The translations under genes were made by a program, and so were the position numbers. The notes under the pieces were generated by a model. That model ran no database searches. It saw nothing but the letters and a program-made list of their open reading frames with translations, and was not told the origin of the DNA. A stretch of DNA of 64,000 bases from a virus, in the IMG/VR virus record IMGVR_UViG_3300044644_001556; one strand, given 5' to 3'. Within the stretch, counting starts at the first letter, position 1; the number at the start of each line of letters is the position of its first letter. This document shows, one piece after another, positions 1-9,907 of this stretch.

Positions 1-2
1 TT

Positions 3-251
3 TTATTAACCGATATTTGGGCTACTATTGGAGTTCCGTCTAATTTAGGAACTCGTATTAATCTATATAAAAACGGAAATACTTTATTAGAGTCAGTTTA
101 TATCCATCCAAATACTCATAAATCGATAATTATGAGTAATAATATACGATTAACCCCCGCTGATTATTTAACTATGGATTTACAAGCAACTGGTGGTTCT
201 GATTTATTATTTACTGCAGTTTATTATGCGGTTATATATAGTGCGATATAA
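3..251 (+). CDS. 3' end of a plus-strand gene truncated by the window edge (possibly virion protein)
   Basis: Frame 3 is open from the window edge to TAA at 249-251 (LLTDIWATIG...VIYSAI*) and is followed by a hairpin. Confidence 0.6.
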   Translation, partial: LLTDIWATIGVPSNLGTRINLYKNGNTLLESVYIHPNTHKSIIMSNNIRLTPADYLTMDLQATGGSDLLFTAVYYAVIYSAI

Positions 252-278
252 GAAAAGCCGACATCAGTCGGCTTTTCT
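251..278. terminator. bidirectional intrinsic terminator
   Basis: agaaaagccgac-atca-gtcggcttttct between convergent genes. Confidence 0.75.
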
Positions 279-288
279 AATTATTTAA

Positions 289-495
289 TTACGATAAAAA
301 CTCAGCCATTACAAAACGCATTAATTGATTACCTTCGCCAATAAATCTACGTTCCCGATCATATGTCTTATTACGCTGCTTATCATAAAAAGCTAAAGTT
401 CGTTGATTACGATCAGTAATAGCAACTTCGGCTCCACCATGAATATCATTAAAATAACCGATAGTTTGTTGACGTCTATTATAAATAGGTTGCAT
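289..495 (-). CDS. hypothetical early protein
   Basis: ORF with AAGGA SD and its own promoter. Confidence 0.7.
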   Translation of the reverse strand: MQPIYNRRQQTIGYFNDIHGGAEVAITDRNQRTLAFYDKQRNKTYDRERRFIGEGNQLMRFVMAEFLS

Positions 496-529
496 AATTT
501 TTTCCTTTAAATATTATTAGTTAATACAA

Positions 530-569
530 ACAACAAATATATTATAATGTAATACTATACTACAGTCAA
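530..569 (-). promoter_or_regulatory. sigma70-like early promoter with conserved leader
   Basis: TTGACT-17nt-TATAAT followed by ATATTTGTTGT. Confidence 0.8.
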
Positions 570-642
570 GTTATTTTTAATCAGATAATAACCATAAAAA
601 TGGGGTTAATTATTATAATAACCCCATTTAAGTTAATAGTAA

Positions 643-999
643 TTAAATCATTAAAACTTCTAATAACTTTCTAGATTTTGATGGGGTTGCTGTAAATAAT
701 TCATCGAATTTTTCTTTAGGTAAATTCGCTTTTGCTGCAGTGGTCGAAATAGTTAATGATTCATACGATCCGGTTTCGGCGATAAAGTCGTATACTGATA
801 ATGAGCATGTATTTGTCATTGTTGGTTTCGAATAAATTATTGTAAATAATTCGCTACTTAATTCTATTTGTGATAATGACTCATTATTGCCAGCTTCTTT
901 AGCTAATTGTTTTTTTAACTCTTCGTATCTTATTTGAAGTGGTTTTATTTTATTATGTAATTCCGCAAATTCATTAATCAATTCATTAATTTCTGACAT
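643..999 (-). CDS. hypothetical protein, paralog of 54219..54593
   Basis: Shared DF..ET..Y..L..S...AKAN.....F...F C-terminal motif. Confidence 0.7.
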   Translation of the reverse strand: MSEINELINEFAELHNKIKPLQIRYEELKKQLAKEAGNNESLSQIELSSELFTIIYSKPTMTNTCSLSVYDFIAETGSYESLTISTTAAKANLPKEKFDELFTATPSKSRKLLEVLMI

Positions 1000-1237
1000 T
1001 TTTAATTCCTATTGTTAAATTATTACTACATTATTAGCCGATACCTAATTCATCAACCATTTCACCGTACTGTTTTTCTAATTGATTTAATAATGTTTTA
1101 TTCGATTCTATTTTTTTAGCGGCATTCGGATCGAACATATGTATATACCCATGATAATGAATTGGGTAAGTTGTATTTTGTTCTTGCTTCTCTATTTCCT
1201 CTGTCATTATTATGTTTCCATTGAAATTTTAATATTA

Positions 1238-1672
1238 CTAGGTTATTCGTCTTATTGGTCGAACGTTATTATATTGCGATAGATATTGGTTTCGCTTATC
1301 GAATGTAACTACATCATATCGATTATTAGTTTTTGTAGAAGTCCAATAGGAGCCATGCATTTGAGCAATTATATTAGTGATAATATTTTCTGAAATACTA
1401 ATTAATTCATACATAGATGGTAAATACCAATCATTATATCCACCGTAAACTAATCGATTACAATAATCATTAGCTTCATCCCAAGACATATTAACTTTAT
1501 TAACTGAAAATGGAGCTACAATAATATCAGCATTTACATTATGTTCGTTTATTTGAACATTAGATATCATTAACCCACCATATTCAGCGATTATATGTTT
1601 AATCTTAGATGGAATAAACAACACTTCAGGGTTTGTATGATAATTATATAAATTTAATGGCGGATTTACCAT
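1238..1672 (-). CDS. DUF1566/Lcl-C-like domain protein with LNLY.Y...P N-terminal tag
   Basis: W.EA..YC...YGGYNDWYLPS..EL...YWTST...VRPIR. Confidence 0.75.
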   Translation of the reverse strand: MVNPPLNLYNYHTNPEVLFIPSKIKHIIAEYGGLMISNVQINEHNVNADIIVAPFSVNKVNMSWDEANDYCNRLVYGGYNDWYLPSMYELISISENIITNIIAQMHGSYWTSTKTNNRYDVVTFDKRNQYLSQYNNVRPIRRIT

Positions 1673-1703
1673 TTAACAAAACCTCTATAATACAATAAAT
1701 TTA

Positions 1704-1711
1704 TATTTATA
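1704..1711 (-). promoter_or_regulatory. T4-late-like promoter TATAAATA
   Basis: TATAAATA about 30 nt upstream of the start of 1238..1672. Confidence 0.45.
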
Positions 1712-1787
1712 CTATAATCGATTGATTTTATTAATAAAATCCCGACATATTTTAAAAATATGTCGGGATATATTTTAAGTACGGTTA

Positions 1788-2267
1788 TTATGATTCGACG
1801 TACGTAGATTTATCCGGAACTGAATAAAATAATAAATCATCGTTCGTCGCATTGGCGCCTACTATAGTCGCAACTTCTGGACCAATTTCATGTTTATACA
1901 TGATTTTAATATTACCATTAAAATATTCGATAACCGCAGCTAAATGCTGATCTTTATTCTCTATATAATTATAATCCGGATTATACTGTAAAACGTCACT
2001 TAATAAAAAAGCCGAGGCAGTTCCGGTATTTACGTGAAATTTACCGATTGGTTTAAATGGGTTCTTTTCATTTCCGGTTGGTTGAATAATAGTCCAGGAC
2101 ATATTAGGTTGGACGTTAAACATAGTTGCGTAGGTATCCAAACCTAGCAATTCCATTTTATTACCTCTCGCGCATTTATCCCAATCACCCGGATTATTCG
2201 GATTTAAAATATACGATGGGTCGGTAATAATAATGGTACCATTAAAATATTGTGTTATATCGTGCAT
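1788..2267 (-). CDS. hypothetical protein
   Basis: 159-aa ORF with IITDPSY motif. Confidence 0.7.
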   Translation of the reverse strand: MHDITQYFNGTIIITDPSYILNPNNPGDWDKCARGNKMELLGLDTYATMFNVQPNMSWTIIQPTGNEKNPFKPIGKFHVNTGTASAFLLSDVLQYNPDYNYIENKDQHLAAVIEYFNGNIKIMYKHEIGPEVATIVGANATNDDLLFYSVPDKSTYVES

Positions 2268-2279
2268 AATTTATTATCT

Positions 2280-2732
2280 CTATTCATTATAAAATCGATT
2301 AATGCTATCTAACATATCATCTAAGCTATTATAAACTAATACACTTGGATTAATCAATCCTAACTGAGTAATTACATCTATTTTTCTTACGTAATTTGGA
2401 TGGCATGCTACAAATATTTTTTTATATGTTGGTTTAGCATGGACGCCTAATTCATATAATGTAATTGGGCATACGGTTTCTTCAGTAAAATAGAATAAGA
2501 TAGCATTAGCTTCAATTAAATGATTATATTCCCACATAATTTGATTAACTGTCATATTGATATCAGTTATATCAAAATCTGATCTACGGGGGTTTATGAG
2601 CTGAATATCTAAATTAGACAATCGTTGCACTGCATAATCTTGCCAGTCAGAACAATTAGATATACCGCCAGCTAAAAATATAGATGGCCTATCATCTGCT
2701 TTATATATTTCAGGACATTTTACTTCATACAT
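2280..2732 (-). CDS. nucleoside 2-deoxyribosyltransferase-like protein
   Basis: IFLAGGI...WQ...NPRR...QI.WE...CPITLYELG motifs; start moved to MYEVKC. Confidence 0.75.
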   Translation of the reverse strand: MYEVKCPEIYKADDRPSIFLAGGISNCSDWQDYAVQRLSNLDIQLINPRRSDFDITDINMTVNQIMWEYNHLIEANAILFYFTEETVCPITLYELGVHAKPTYKKIFVACHPNYVRKIDVITQLGLINPSVLVYNSLDDMLDSINRFYNE

Positions 2733-3024
2733 GAGGAGTACCAAATGGATTTAATGCATATTCTAATGCCGTATTTGCAGTCCCTGTTTTATCCGTTGCC
2801 GAGACTTCTCGAACTTTTGGATATTTAATATCAAATACTGGTATACTCTCCTTTATAGTACTAGATTCTGTTTCGGATTGATCTAATTTAATTTCCGATA
2901 ATATTTGTTTACTTCGTTTCTCGTAATCAAGACTTTTTGCTTTCAATTCGTCACTTTGCTCTGCATACATTTTAGCTAAATATGCAAATTCTAAGGCAGA
3001 CTCAATTTGATTTACTAATTTCAT
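2725..3024 (-). CDS. hypothetical protein
   Basis: ORF in operon context. Confidence 0.6.
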   Translation of the reverse strand: MKLVNQIESALEFAYLAKMYAEQSDELKAKSLDYEKRSKQILSEIKLDQSETESSTIKESIPVFDIKYPKVREVSATDKTGTANTALEYALNPFGTPHV

Positions 3025-3061
3025 ATTATTTCTCAGTTGATTAAAATTTAGTGGTTGTTTT

Positions 3062-4384
3062 TTAAATTCCAGTAATAGCTCTGGCTCGAATTATATCTAA
3101 TGATTCATCTATTAATAATTTACCATTTTCATAATAAGTTACTAAATTAGCGTCGTCAAATCGACCACCTTTTGATTTTTTACCAGAATCAGTAATTGGG
3201 TCTTTAACTGTATCGATCCACGCACCATTAATTTCCATTGCTGATGTTTTTTGGGCGAAGCTATACGTATCTCGATTAACTTTTTGTAATAAGCCGCCAC
3301 CTGAACCGTAAACTAAAGTTTCAGCTGCAAAACCAAGGGTACTTATTCTAGCACTTAAACCTTCAATCGCATCAGAGTCAATTCCATCACCTTGAATTAA
3401 ACTTATATTATTTAAAACATTATAACCTTTACTATTTGAAGTATGGCCAAAATGATAATCGATTACTCTAATTAATTTAGGAATAATATCGTAAGGATCT
3501 CCGCTATCCGGGCGGATAACTACATGCAAATTCTTTTCTAAAATTAAATTTTTAAAATGGATACATAATGCTTCCGTATCTCGGTAAATATCATAACCAT
3601 CTAAAACTATTGATATAACTTCTTCGTTTTTGCAGCTATTTAATATATTGCCGATATAATCAATCTGATTATGTTTACCGTAAGCGCATTGAATACTATG
3701 TTCTGTTGCTCGAATTGAATGCCCAGCCATTGGTTCATTATAATATTTTCTTGCAGCTCTTAACGCAACTAAATTATCAGTACCTCTAAAATATAATAAA
3801 TGAGCCAAACCACCAATTTCTGACGTTTCTTGAGAAGAGACGCCCCGAGCTCCAAAATCATGCAATGCATAATTTAAATTATGCATATTATCTGATGATC
3901 GGCTATATTCTTTTTTTAATCTAGAATAGTTAATATAATCATTAGAAGCAATGGTAGTCGGATACCAGACACTACGCTGCCACATAGACTCGATATATGA
4001 AGGTAACCAATATAATTCCGGATCATTACTTTCGATTGAATATAATGGAGTTCTCGATTGAGTTATAGAACCTTCGGGTACGCACTTAATAGTAATCGGT
4101 AATAAACCACCATATTCATTTAATATCTTTTCCCAACCACTTCTATTAAAAGGTAATCCGTGGGCTGCTAATAATTCTTCAGCTTCATCTATATTATCCT
4201 GAGTGATAGGATTTAATAGATGTTTTTTAATACTCATTTGAAAACCAAATGGTATAATAGTTTTATTAGGTTTTCTTGCTTCACCATATGCATATTGAGC
4301 TGTAGTTCCGCTCGGATACATATTAAAATGGCTAGGTTTATAACTATCTGCGTCTAAGATAATATTCTGTACTAATTGAGTCAT
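3062..4384 (-). CDS. nadV: nicotinamide phosphoribosyltransferase (Nampt)
   Basis: DSYK.SH, LHDFGARGVSS, ATEHS, RPDSGDP, IQGDG, GSGGGLLQKVNRDT motifs. Confidence 0.93.
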   Translation of the reverse strand: MTQLVQNIILDADSYKPSHFNMYPSGTTAQYAYGEARKPNKTIIPFGFQMSIKKHLLNPITQDNIDEAEELLAAHGLPFNRSGWEKILNEYGGLLPITIKCVPEGSITQSRTPLYSIESNDPELYWLPSYIESMWQRSVWYPTTIASNDYINYSRLKKEYSRSSDNMHNLNYALHDFGARGVSSQETSEIGGLAHLLYFRGTDNLVALRAARKYYNEPMAGHSIRATEHSIQCAYGKHNQIDYIGNILNSCKNEEVISIVLDGYDIYRDTEALCIHFKNLILEKNLHVVIRPDSGDPYDIIPKLIRVIDYHFGHTSNSKGYNVLNNISLIQGDGIDSDAIEGLSARISTLGFAAETLVYGSGGGLLQKVNRDTYSFAQKTSAMEINGAWIDTVKDPITDSGKKSKGGRFDDANLVTYYENGKLLIDESLDIIRARAITGI

Positions 4385-4694
4385 CGTTTTTCTCCCGTTG
4401 TTTCATCTCTTGCACTACGTTTCTAACTGGTATTACATATGATTCGGATATGCTATTATATAAAGAAGATTCAATCCAATAACCAACATTCCCCATTCCG
4501 TATCTAGTTAAAAAGCTATTGATTTCCGCTATTTCCATTGCCTTAGGTAATCGCCAATCAGTATAACCACCGTAATTTAAGAATTGACAATATATTGCAG
4601 CTTCTTCTTGATTTTGTAATTTAATAAATGCGTCGGATGCAATATCTAAAAAATAGTCTTGATATAAAAGTTCTTTTATCAATATCGTATTCAT
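4344..4694 (-). CDS. DUF1566-like protein inserted between the NAD genes
   Basis: YCQFLNYGGYTDWRLP...VIPVR. Confidence 0.75.
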   Translation of the reverse strand: MNTILIKELLYQDYFLDIASDAFIKLQNQEEAAIYCQFLNYGGYTDWRLPKAMEIAEINSFLTRYGMGNVGYWIESSLYNSISESYVIPVRNVVQEMKQREKNDDSISTEYYLRRR

Positions 4695-5656
4695 TTATAT
4701 CGATCATTTAAATAAGCTGGTTTTAAAAATTCAGCAGTCATAGCCATAATTATATCTCTATGATCATGAAATAAATTTAAATTATTGATTGCATATGATA
4801 TATCGAACCACTGAACTTCGCTTGCGTCGTCGGCAGCTTTAATTTTAGGTTCGTATATTTCAGGAACTAATACTTGAAATAAAAAGCAATTAGTTACCCG
4901 CATTAAACCACCAAATTTGCGTTTTGGTGAATCAAATATATTATTAAATATCGTATAATCAATCGATTCGCGCTGATCTTTTTCTTTTATTTGAATTCCG
5001 GCTTCTTCGAATAATTCGCGTTTCGCACAATCAAAGAAAGTTTCATCGTGATTTTTAAATCCGCCAGGTAATGCCCAAGTATCTTTCCCTGGTGCAAATT
5101 TGCGTTTAATTAATAAAATTTTACCGTCATTATAAATTAAAGCATCTGCACAATTAAACTGTAAGGTTTCAGGAAATGGATAACTAGCAAATAATTCTTT
5201 TTCTTTATTGAAGAAATTGTATTCTTCTTGGACGCTAGGATGCAATAATCCGCACTCTAATAAATTATTACGTATATCTGTCGCGGTAGTATCAATATCA
5301 GTATAAACTTCTACATATCTATAAGTCGGGAACCATTTTAGGTAATGATTATCTGGTTTAGTATGACCGTAAATTCGAACGTCATTAAATTTGCATAATA
5401 TTTCATTTACTTCGACTTTCCATAAATCGTCGTCATATAGATAATCATTTAATGGGAAAATCGTTACATCGGGAAACTCTTTTAATATCATATCTCGACG
5501 TTCTTGATATGTATAAGGGTTGCGTAGATTTCTCGATTGATTAGCTGAGCCTAATAAAATTACATGATTATCAGTTTCTTCGATCATTTTACTAATAACT
5601 GCAATATGGCCGGCATGCAATGGTTGGCATCTACCTATAAAAACACCAGTTTTCAT
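4691..5656 (-). CDS. bifunctional NMN adenylyltransferase / Nudix ADP-ribose pyrophosphatase (NadM-Nudix, NatV-like)
   Basis: GRCQPLHAGH (HxGH) N-domain plus WALPGGF...ARELFEE-type Nudix box and AADDA. Confidence 0.9.
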   Translation of the reverse strand: MKTGVFIGRCQPLHAGHIAVISKMIEETDNHVILLGSANQSRNLRNPYTYQERRDMILKEFPDVTIFPLNDYLYDDDLWKVEVNEILCKFNDVRIYGHTKPDNHYLKWFPTYRYVEVYTDIDTTATDIRNNLLECGLLHPSVQEEYNFFNKEKELFASYPFPETLQFNCADALIYNDGKILLIKRKFAPGKDTWALPGGFKNHDETFFDCAKRELFEEAGIQIKEKDQRESIDYTIFNNIFDSPKRKFGGLMRVTNCFLFQVLVPEIYEPKIKAADDASEVQWFDISYAINNLNLFHDHRDIIMAMTAEFLKPAYLNDRYK

Positions 5657-6004
5657 TTAATTACCTTTAATTTTATTAAATTTTTTAACATCATCTAAAA
5701 TAGTATGCGCTAAATTTACGGCTGATTGTTCATTTAATATTAAATGCGCTTGTTCTTTATGATAACCGGTAGTTAAAACTTCCCAAATAATTTTAAAACG
5801 ATTATATGAACTAGACCAAAAATTAGAAGTAGATTCAACGTAAAAACTAAGCGTTATATCTTTAAATTCAGTTTCAGTATCTAATTCAATCCAAGCATGA
5901 ACTTGATGTTCTGGGGAGCTACAAGCACAATTGATTATATAATTAGTAGCATTATCAAAATCAGTTCCTCTTGAAATACCTTCTGCCGGTTTTTGAACTT
6001 CCAT
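5657..6004 (-). CDS. hypothetical protein
   Basis: ORF with C.C...H motif. Confidence 0.65.
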   Translation of the reverse strand: MEVQKPAEGISRGTDFDNATNYIINCACSSPEHQVHAWIELDTETEFKDITLSFYVESTSNFWSSSYNRFKIIWEVLTTGYHKEQAHLILNEQSAVNLAHTILDDVKKFNKIKGN

Positions 6005-6450
6005 TATCTTTTACTCCAATGTGAATAAATTAATTCATCGAATGGAATTTGAGTTGCATTATAATCAGTAGTTACCAATGCATTACCATCTGTTAAATTT
6101 ACAAATTTATATAATACATTATTTTTCGTATAAAATATATCGATCAGTGGTAATTTATTTTGCAATGTTTTAGTATGAATTAAATATCGAATTTGGGTTT
6201 CGTTAGTTAGATAATCATTAATCGTTTCCATTTTACGAATAATACTTTTGGGGACTAAAACCGGTCGTATTTTATAATCAATACGCAATGTAATTAAAAT
6301 CGCTTTTTCAAACTCTTTATGAAACGCAACTAATTCATACCAATCGTGATAATATAATGGATCTAATCTACGGGATGGTTCGAAATCATCATACTCATCC
6401 GCATAATATAATTCATATAAATCGTCATCAAAATCAAAACAATCACTCAT
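6004..6450 (-). CDS. hypothetical protein
   Basis: GGAGG SD before MSDCFD; start revised. Confidence 0.65.
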   Translation of the reverse strand: MSDCFDFDDDLYELYYADEYDDFEPSRRLDPLYYHDWYELVAFHKEFEKAILITLRIDYKIRPVLVPKSIIRKMETINDYLTNETQIRYLIHTKTLQNKLPLIDIFYTKNNVLYKFVNLTDGNALVTTDYNATQIPFDELIYSHWSKR

Positions 6451-6470
6451 ATAGCCTCCAAAATAAATTA

Positions 6471-6497
6471 AAAGAGTGGGGTCTAACCCCACTCTAT
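6471..6497 (-). terminator. intrinsic terminator hairpin
   Basis: agagtgggg-tctaa-ccccactct downstream of 6506..7567. Confidence 0.6.
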
Positions 6498-6505
6498 ATT
6501 AAAAA

Positions 6506-7567
6506 TTAGATACCGAAGAATGCTTGATCTGGATTACTAAATGCACTTAATAATGGTGCAGTATTTAAATTATGCGATTTATTATTATTAGCTGGAAATA
6601 ATAAGCCGTTAGCTAATCGTTGTAATGCTCCGGATGTACTTTCTTCCGTCTCTGCAGTATGAGTACTTAATTCCGTTGCTAAATTATAACAATCAAATTG
6701 AGTTAAATGACCTTTTACTTGAGCGGCGATATTTTTATCTTGGAAAACATTATCTTGATAATAATCACGCAGATGAATAATTGGATCACTAATTTTCATA
6801 ATAGCATCTAATCTACGAACTTCGGCTGCACTATTAGATATTGCTCTTCTAGCTGCCGCATGTTTAGTTACTAACTGTAGATCAGATACCATTGCTCTTT
6901 CACGACCCATAATACTCAATCGATCGCGGACTAAACTACTTACTTTATTTTGCATTTGAATATTTGCAATTTGTAAATGTTCTTCCCAACGATTAACTAA
7001 TGGAATACGACTATTAATTAATTCCGTACTACCTACCATTCCATTAGTACAAATCTGACGCACTAACTCAAATGATCCTTTAATAAATGAAGTAAACGGA
7101 TTCCAATTAAAAATCATATTCGAAGTAAAATCTCCACCTTGTTGATAACCAGGAACGTCAAAATCTTGAGCACTCCATTTTTTCATTAACATATAATCCG
7201 ATGGAACAGTATTTAACCGCAATCCAGATCTGATATTACGTTCGTTTGTACTAACTCCAATATGAGCCATTAAATTATCAATGGCATTATCATCATGAAC
7301 AAAGCCGTTATATCCATTATCTCGAAAATCAATTAATTGATCTTCTACGAAAAAATAATTACCGCCAGTTAATCTCGCTTGCAATTGACTAGTAGCTAAC
7401 TCAATATGCGGACTATTTAAAGCTTTTGAAATGCGTGAAGTTGAATCGAATAAATGCTCATGAGCTCCATTGATTACGATATGAGCTTGTACGTTACCAG
7501 CTTCATCAAAAACGTTAGATAATTTTACATCTGCATTGCGGTATAATGAATAATTTTGTTGGTTCAT
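6506..7567 (-). CDS. DUF932-like protein
   Basis: LVRQICTNGM motif resembling DUF932 (R..C.NG). Confidence 0.55.
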   Translation of the reverse strand: MNQQNYSLYRNADVKLSNVFDEAGNVQAHIVINGAHEHLFDSTSRISKALNSPHIELATSQLQARLTGGNYFFVEDQLIDFRDNGYNGFVHDDNAIDNLMAHIGVSTNERNIRSGLRLNTVPSDYMLMKKWSAQDFDVPGYQQGGDFTSNMIFNWNPFTSFIKGSFELVRQICTNGMVGSTELINSRIPLVNRWEEHLQIANIQMQNKVSSLVRDRLSIMGRERAMVSDLQLVTKHAAARRAISNSAAEVRRLDAIMKISDPIIHLRDYYQDNVFQDKNIAAQVKGHLTQFDCYNLATELSTHTAETEESTSGALQRLANGLLFPANNNKSHNLNTAPLLSAFSNPDQAFFGI

Positions 7568-7628
7568 AATAATTAACTCCGATACGTTGTTATATAAATT
7601 TAAATTGGTTATTTGTTACTACAAAGAA

Positions 7629-7657
7629 ATTATATCATACTTTCATACTACGGTCAA
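7629..7657 (-). promoter_or_regulatory. sigma70-like early promoter
   Basis: TTGACC-17-TATAAT. Confidence 0.75.
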
Positions 7658-7669
7658 GCTTTTTGTCCA

Positions 7670-8695
7670 TTAATCTTCTTTTAATAAAAAAGTATTGGAA
7701 ATAGTTTTAAAAGTAAAGTCGCTATCATGACTCTTATATACTAAACCTTCTCTAATCTTATGATTAATAGATGGGCCTTCGGCGAATGCTAATAAATCTA
7801 CTAAATTAGTTGCAGAAACTTGTGATTTTTCACTAATAATAGGAACATGATTTCCAGTAAACCCAAGCTCAACCAAATCGTTATAAATTGATTTGCGTTC
7901 ATCTGGTTTAGCATACCGTTTTTCGTCGATTAAAAAGATATCAAACACAAATAGTTGAGTTGTTTCGAATTTTTCGCGATTACCTTGGATGTTCGGACCC
8001 ATTAATTCACCTTGAACCGCAATATTTTTGCCGTAACTTAGTAAAACTTGATCTAATTTACTATTTGAGAACATACGGACAAATGAATTATCTTTATTAT
8101 CTTCGTCAATCTTTAATTCTAAATTTCTAGAACAAACACCCAACTCGCCATTGAAATAATATCCGGTAAATGAACTACCATCTAATTTAATAGTAATCTC
8201 ATAGGATTCATTGATACGTTTTTCGAAAATATCACGAACTAAATTTTGACAACGCTCTTGATCGGTTTTGTGAATAAATGATGGAAAATTACCTTTAGCG
8301 TTACCGGCTAATTGCCCGTTGATAGGACGTTCCCATTTTTCAATACCTAATAGTTCAGCTATATCAGTTTCTGGCGTTACATCGATTAATTCCGGATATA
8401 ATGATAATGGTAAGATTAAACCTTGAGAAATTTGCCCTCGTAATTTAATAGTTCTAATTCTCATACCATCTTTACCTTCCCATCGAATCGCTTTGCTTGC
8501 TAAAAAAGCGTACCGTTCATCAGTTAATGGTAAAAAACTATCGATCTCAAAATAAACACCTTTATCTCCGACTTGAAATTCTCCTTTTTTTACGACGACC
8601 GGCCAACCACCATCTATAATCGCGCATTCAATTGCATCAGCATTTTCAATCGGAAGTAATTCTGTGATTGGTTTAATAGTTACTAATTGTCTCAT
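7670..8695 (-). CDS. ATP-dependent RNA ligase (DRB0094/Rnl2-like family)
   Basis: N-terminal OB domain, KLDGSS motif I, QGELMGPNIQGN, FDI, REGLVYK, FKTISN. Confidence 0.88.
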   Translation of the reverse strand: MRQLVTIKPITELLPIENADAIECAIIDGGWPVVVKKGEFQVGDKGVYFEIDSFLPLTDERYAFLASKAIRWEGKDGMRIRTIKLRGQISQGLILPLSLYPELIDVTPETDIAELLGIEKWERPINGQLAGNAKGNFPSFIHKTDQERCQNLVRDIFEKRINESYEITIKLDGSSFTGYYFNGELGVCSRNLELKIDEDNKDNSFVRMFSNSKLDQVLLSYGKNIAVQGELMGPNIQGNREKFETTQLFVFDIFLIDEKRYAKPDERKSIYNDLVELGFTGNHVPIISEKSQVSATNLVDLLAFAEGPSINHKIREGLVYKSHDSDFTFKTISNTFLLKED

Positions 8696-8723
8696 TTATT
8701 TTACCTTATATTTTAAAGATTAA

Positions 8724-9767
8724 TTAAACTGCGGTTGATAACGAAGATAAATCTAATAATGGCAAATCAATATGTTCATCTTTTACGATATTATGAATAT
8801 CTTTTTTACCGAAAATTCCATTCGTACTTAAATATCTAAATAATTTTTTCATAGTCATCATTTCATCATAAGTAGCTACTTTTTTATTAAGCCCCAATAA
8901 CCAAGCCATCGCCTGAGTAAAAGTTAAACCGATATCAAACGTCTGCTTTACTTCAGTTGGAATCTGCGGTAAGTTAACCGTTCTTAATTGAACCATTAAT
9001 TTCGGTAATTGTAATGGTTCAATTGATTGATATCCAAACTGTCTAGTTAATATAGTACCCGCATAAATAGCAAATTGTAAATTAACCATCAGATTATTAT
9101 CAACTTTATCAAATTGAGTAGATAAACCGATATATTCCTGGCTATCAGCGGCTTTTAATTTATTATTGCCTATTCCATCTAATGTTTTCCAAACCGGCGT
9201 AGAGACTGAATATGCTCCATTATTAGCGATATAAGCCAAACAGTTACGATCTTCGATATAAACATCATCAGCAAAGCCGATATAATTTACGAAAATAGAA
9301 TGAGCTATTACTGCTCTAAAATTTCCGTTTTCGGATAGATGCTTTCCGCCCACTACCGCTAAATCAATACCGTCATAGAATGAATAAATGTAACTACCGT
9401 CAAAAAACCATCTATATTCCGGTTTTAACATAGATAAGATTTTATCGAACACTGATTGCATTTGCGGAATCCATTCAATAGACTCATCAAATAAACCAAT
9501 AGTAAATCTTGAATTAACTGGAGCTCGTTCTAATGCTATAATATTACCGTCGTATAACATAATCGCACATTCTTGTGGGATAGTATAATTCGTAACACCA
9601 TGTACTTTTTTATAAAAACCAGTTATCGCTTTAGGGCAATCCATTTTATATGTCTTTTCGCGATCAGTTACGGTTTCATCGATAATCTGTAATGCACCAG
9701 ACATAGAATTTAAAGATTTTACTTTAATACGTTTAATTTTAATTTTAGATGGTTCGAAAGTAATCAT
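8724..9767 (-). CDS. hypothetical protein
   Basis: 347-aa ORF with its own promoter. Confidence 0.75.
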   Translation of the reverse strand: MITFEPSKIKIKRIKVKSLNSMSGALQIIDETVTDREKTYKMDCPKAITGFYKKVHGVTNYTIPQECAIMLYDGNIIALERAPVNSRFTIGLFDESIEWIPQMQSVFDKILSMLKPEYRWFFDGSYIYSFYDGIDLAVVGGKHLSENGNFRAVIAHSIFVNYIGFADDVYIEDRNCLAYIANNGAYSVSTPVWKTLDGIGNNKLKAADSQEYIGLSTQFDKVDNNLMVNLQFAIYAGTILTRQFGYQSIEPLQLPKLMVQLRTVNLPQIPTEVKQTFDIGLTFTQAMAWLLGLNKKVATYDEMMTMKKLFRYLSTNGIFGKKDIHNIVKDEHIDLPLLDLSSLSTAV

Positions 9768-9807
9768 AATGGCCTCATGTAATTTGGTTTAATTTAAACA
9801 ACAATTT

Positions 9808-9836
9808 ATTTTATCAAATATAAAGGAGAAAGTCAA
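9808..9836 (-). promoter_or_regulatory. sigma70-like early promoter
   Basis: TTGACT-17-TAAAAT. Confidence 0.65.
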
Positions 9837-9907
9837 GCCAAATCCAAGCCTATATATTATATTATTGTGTTAGCTTGATTTTAACTTAACTTAAGTTGTT
9901 GTTTTAA

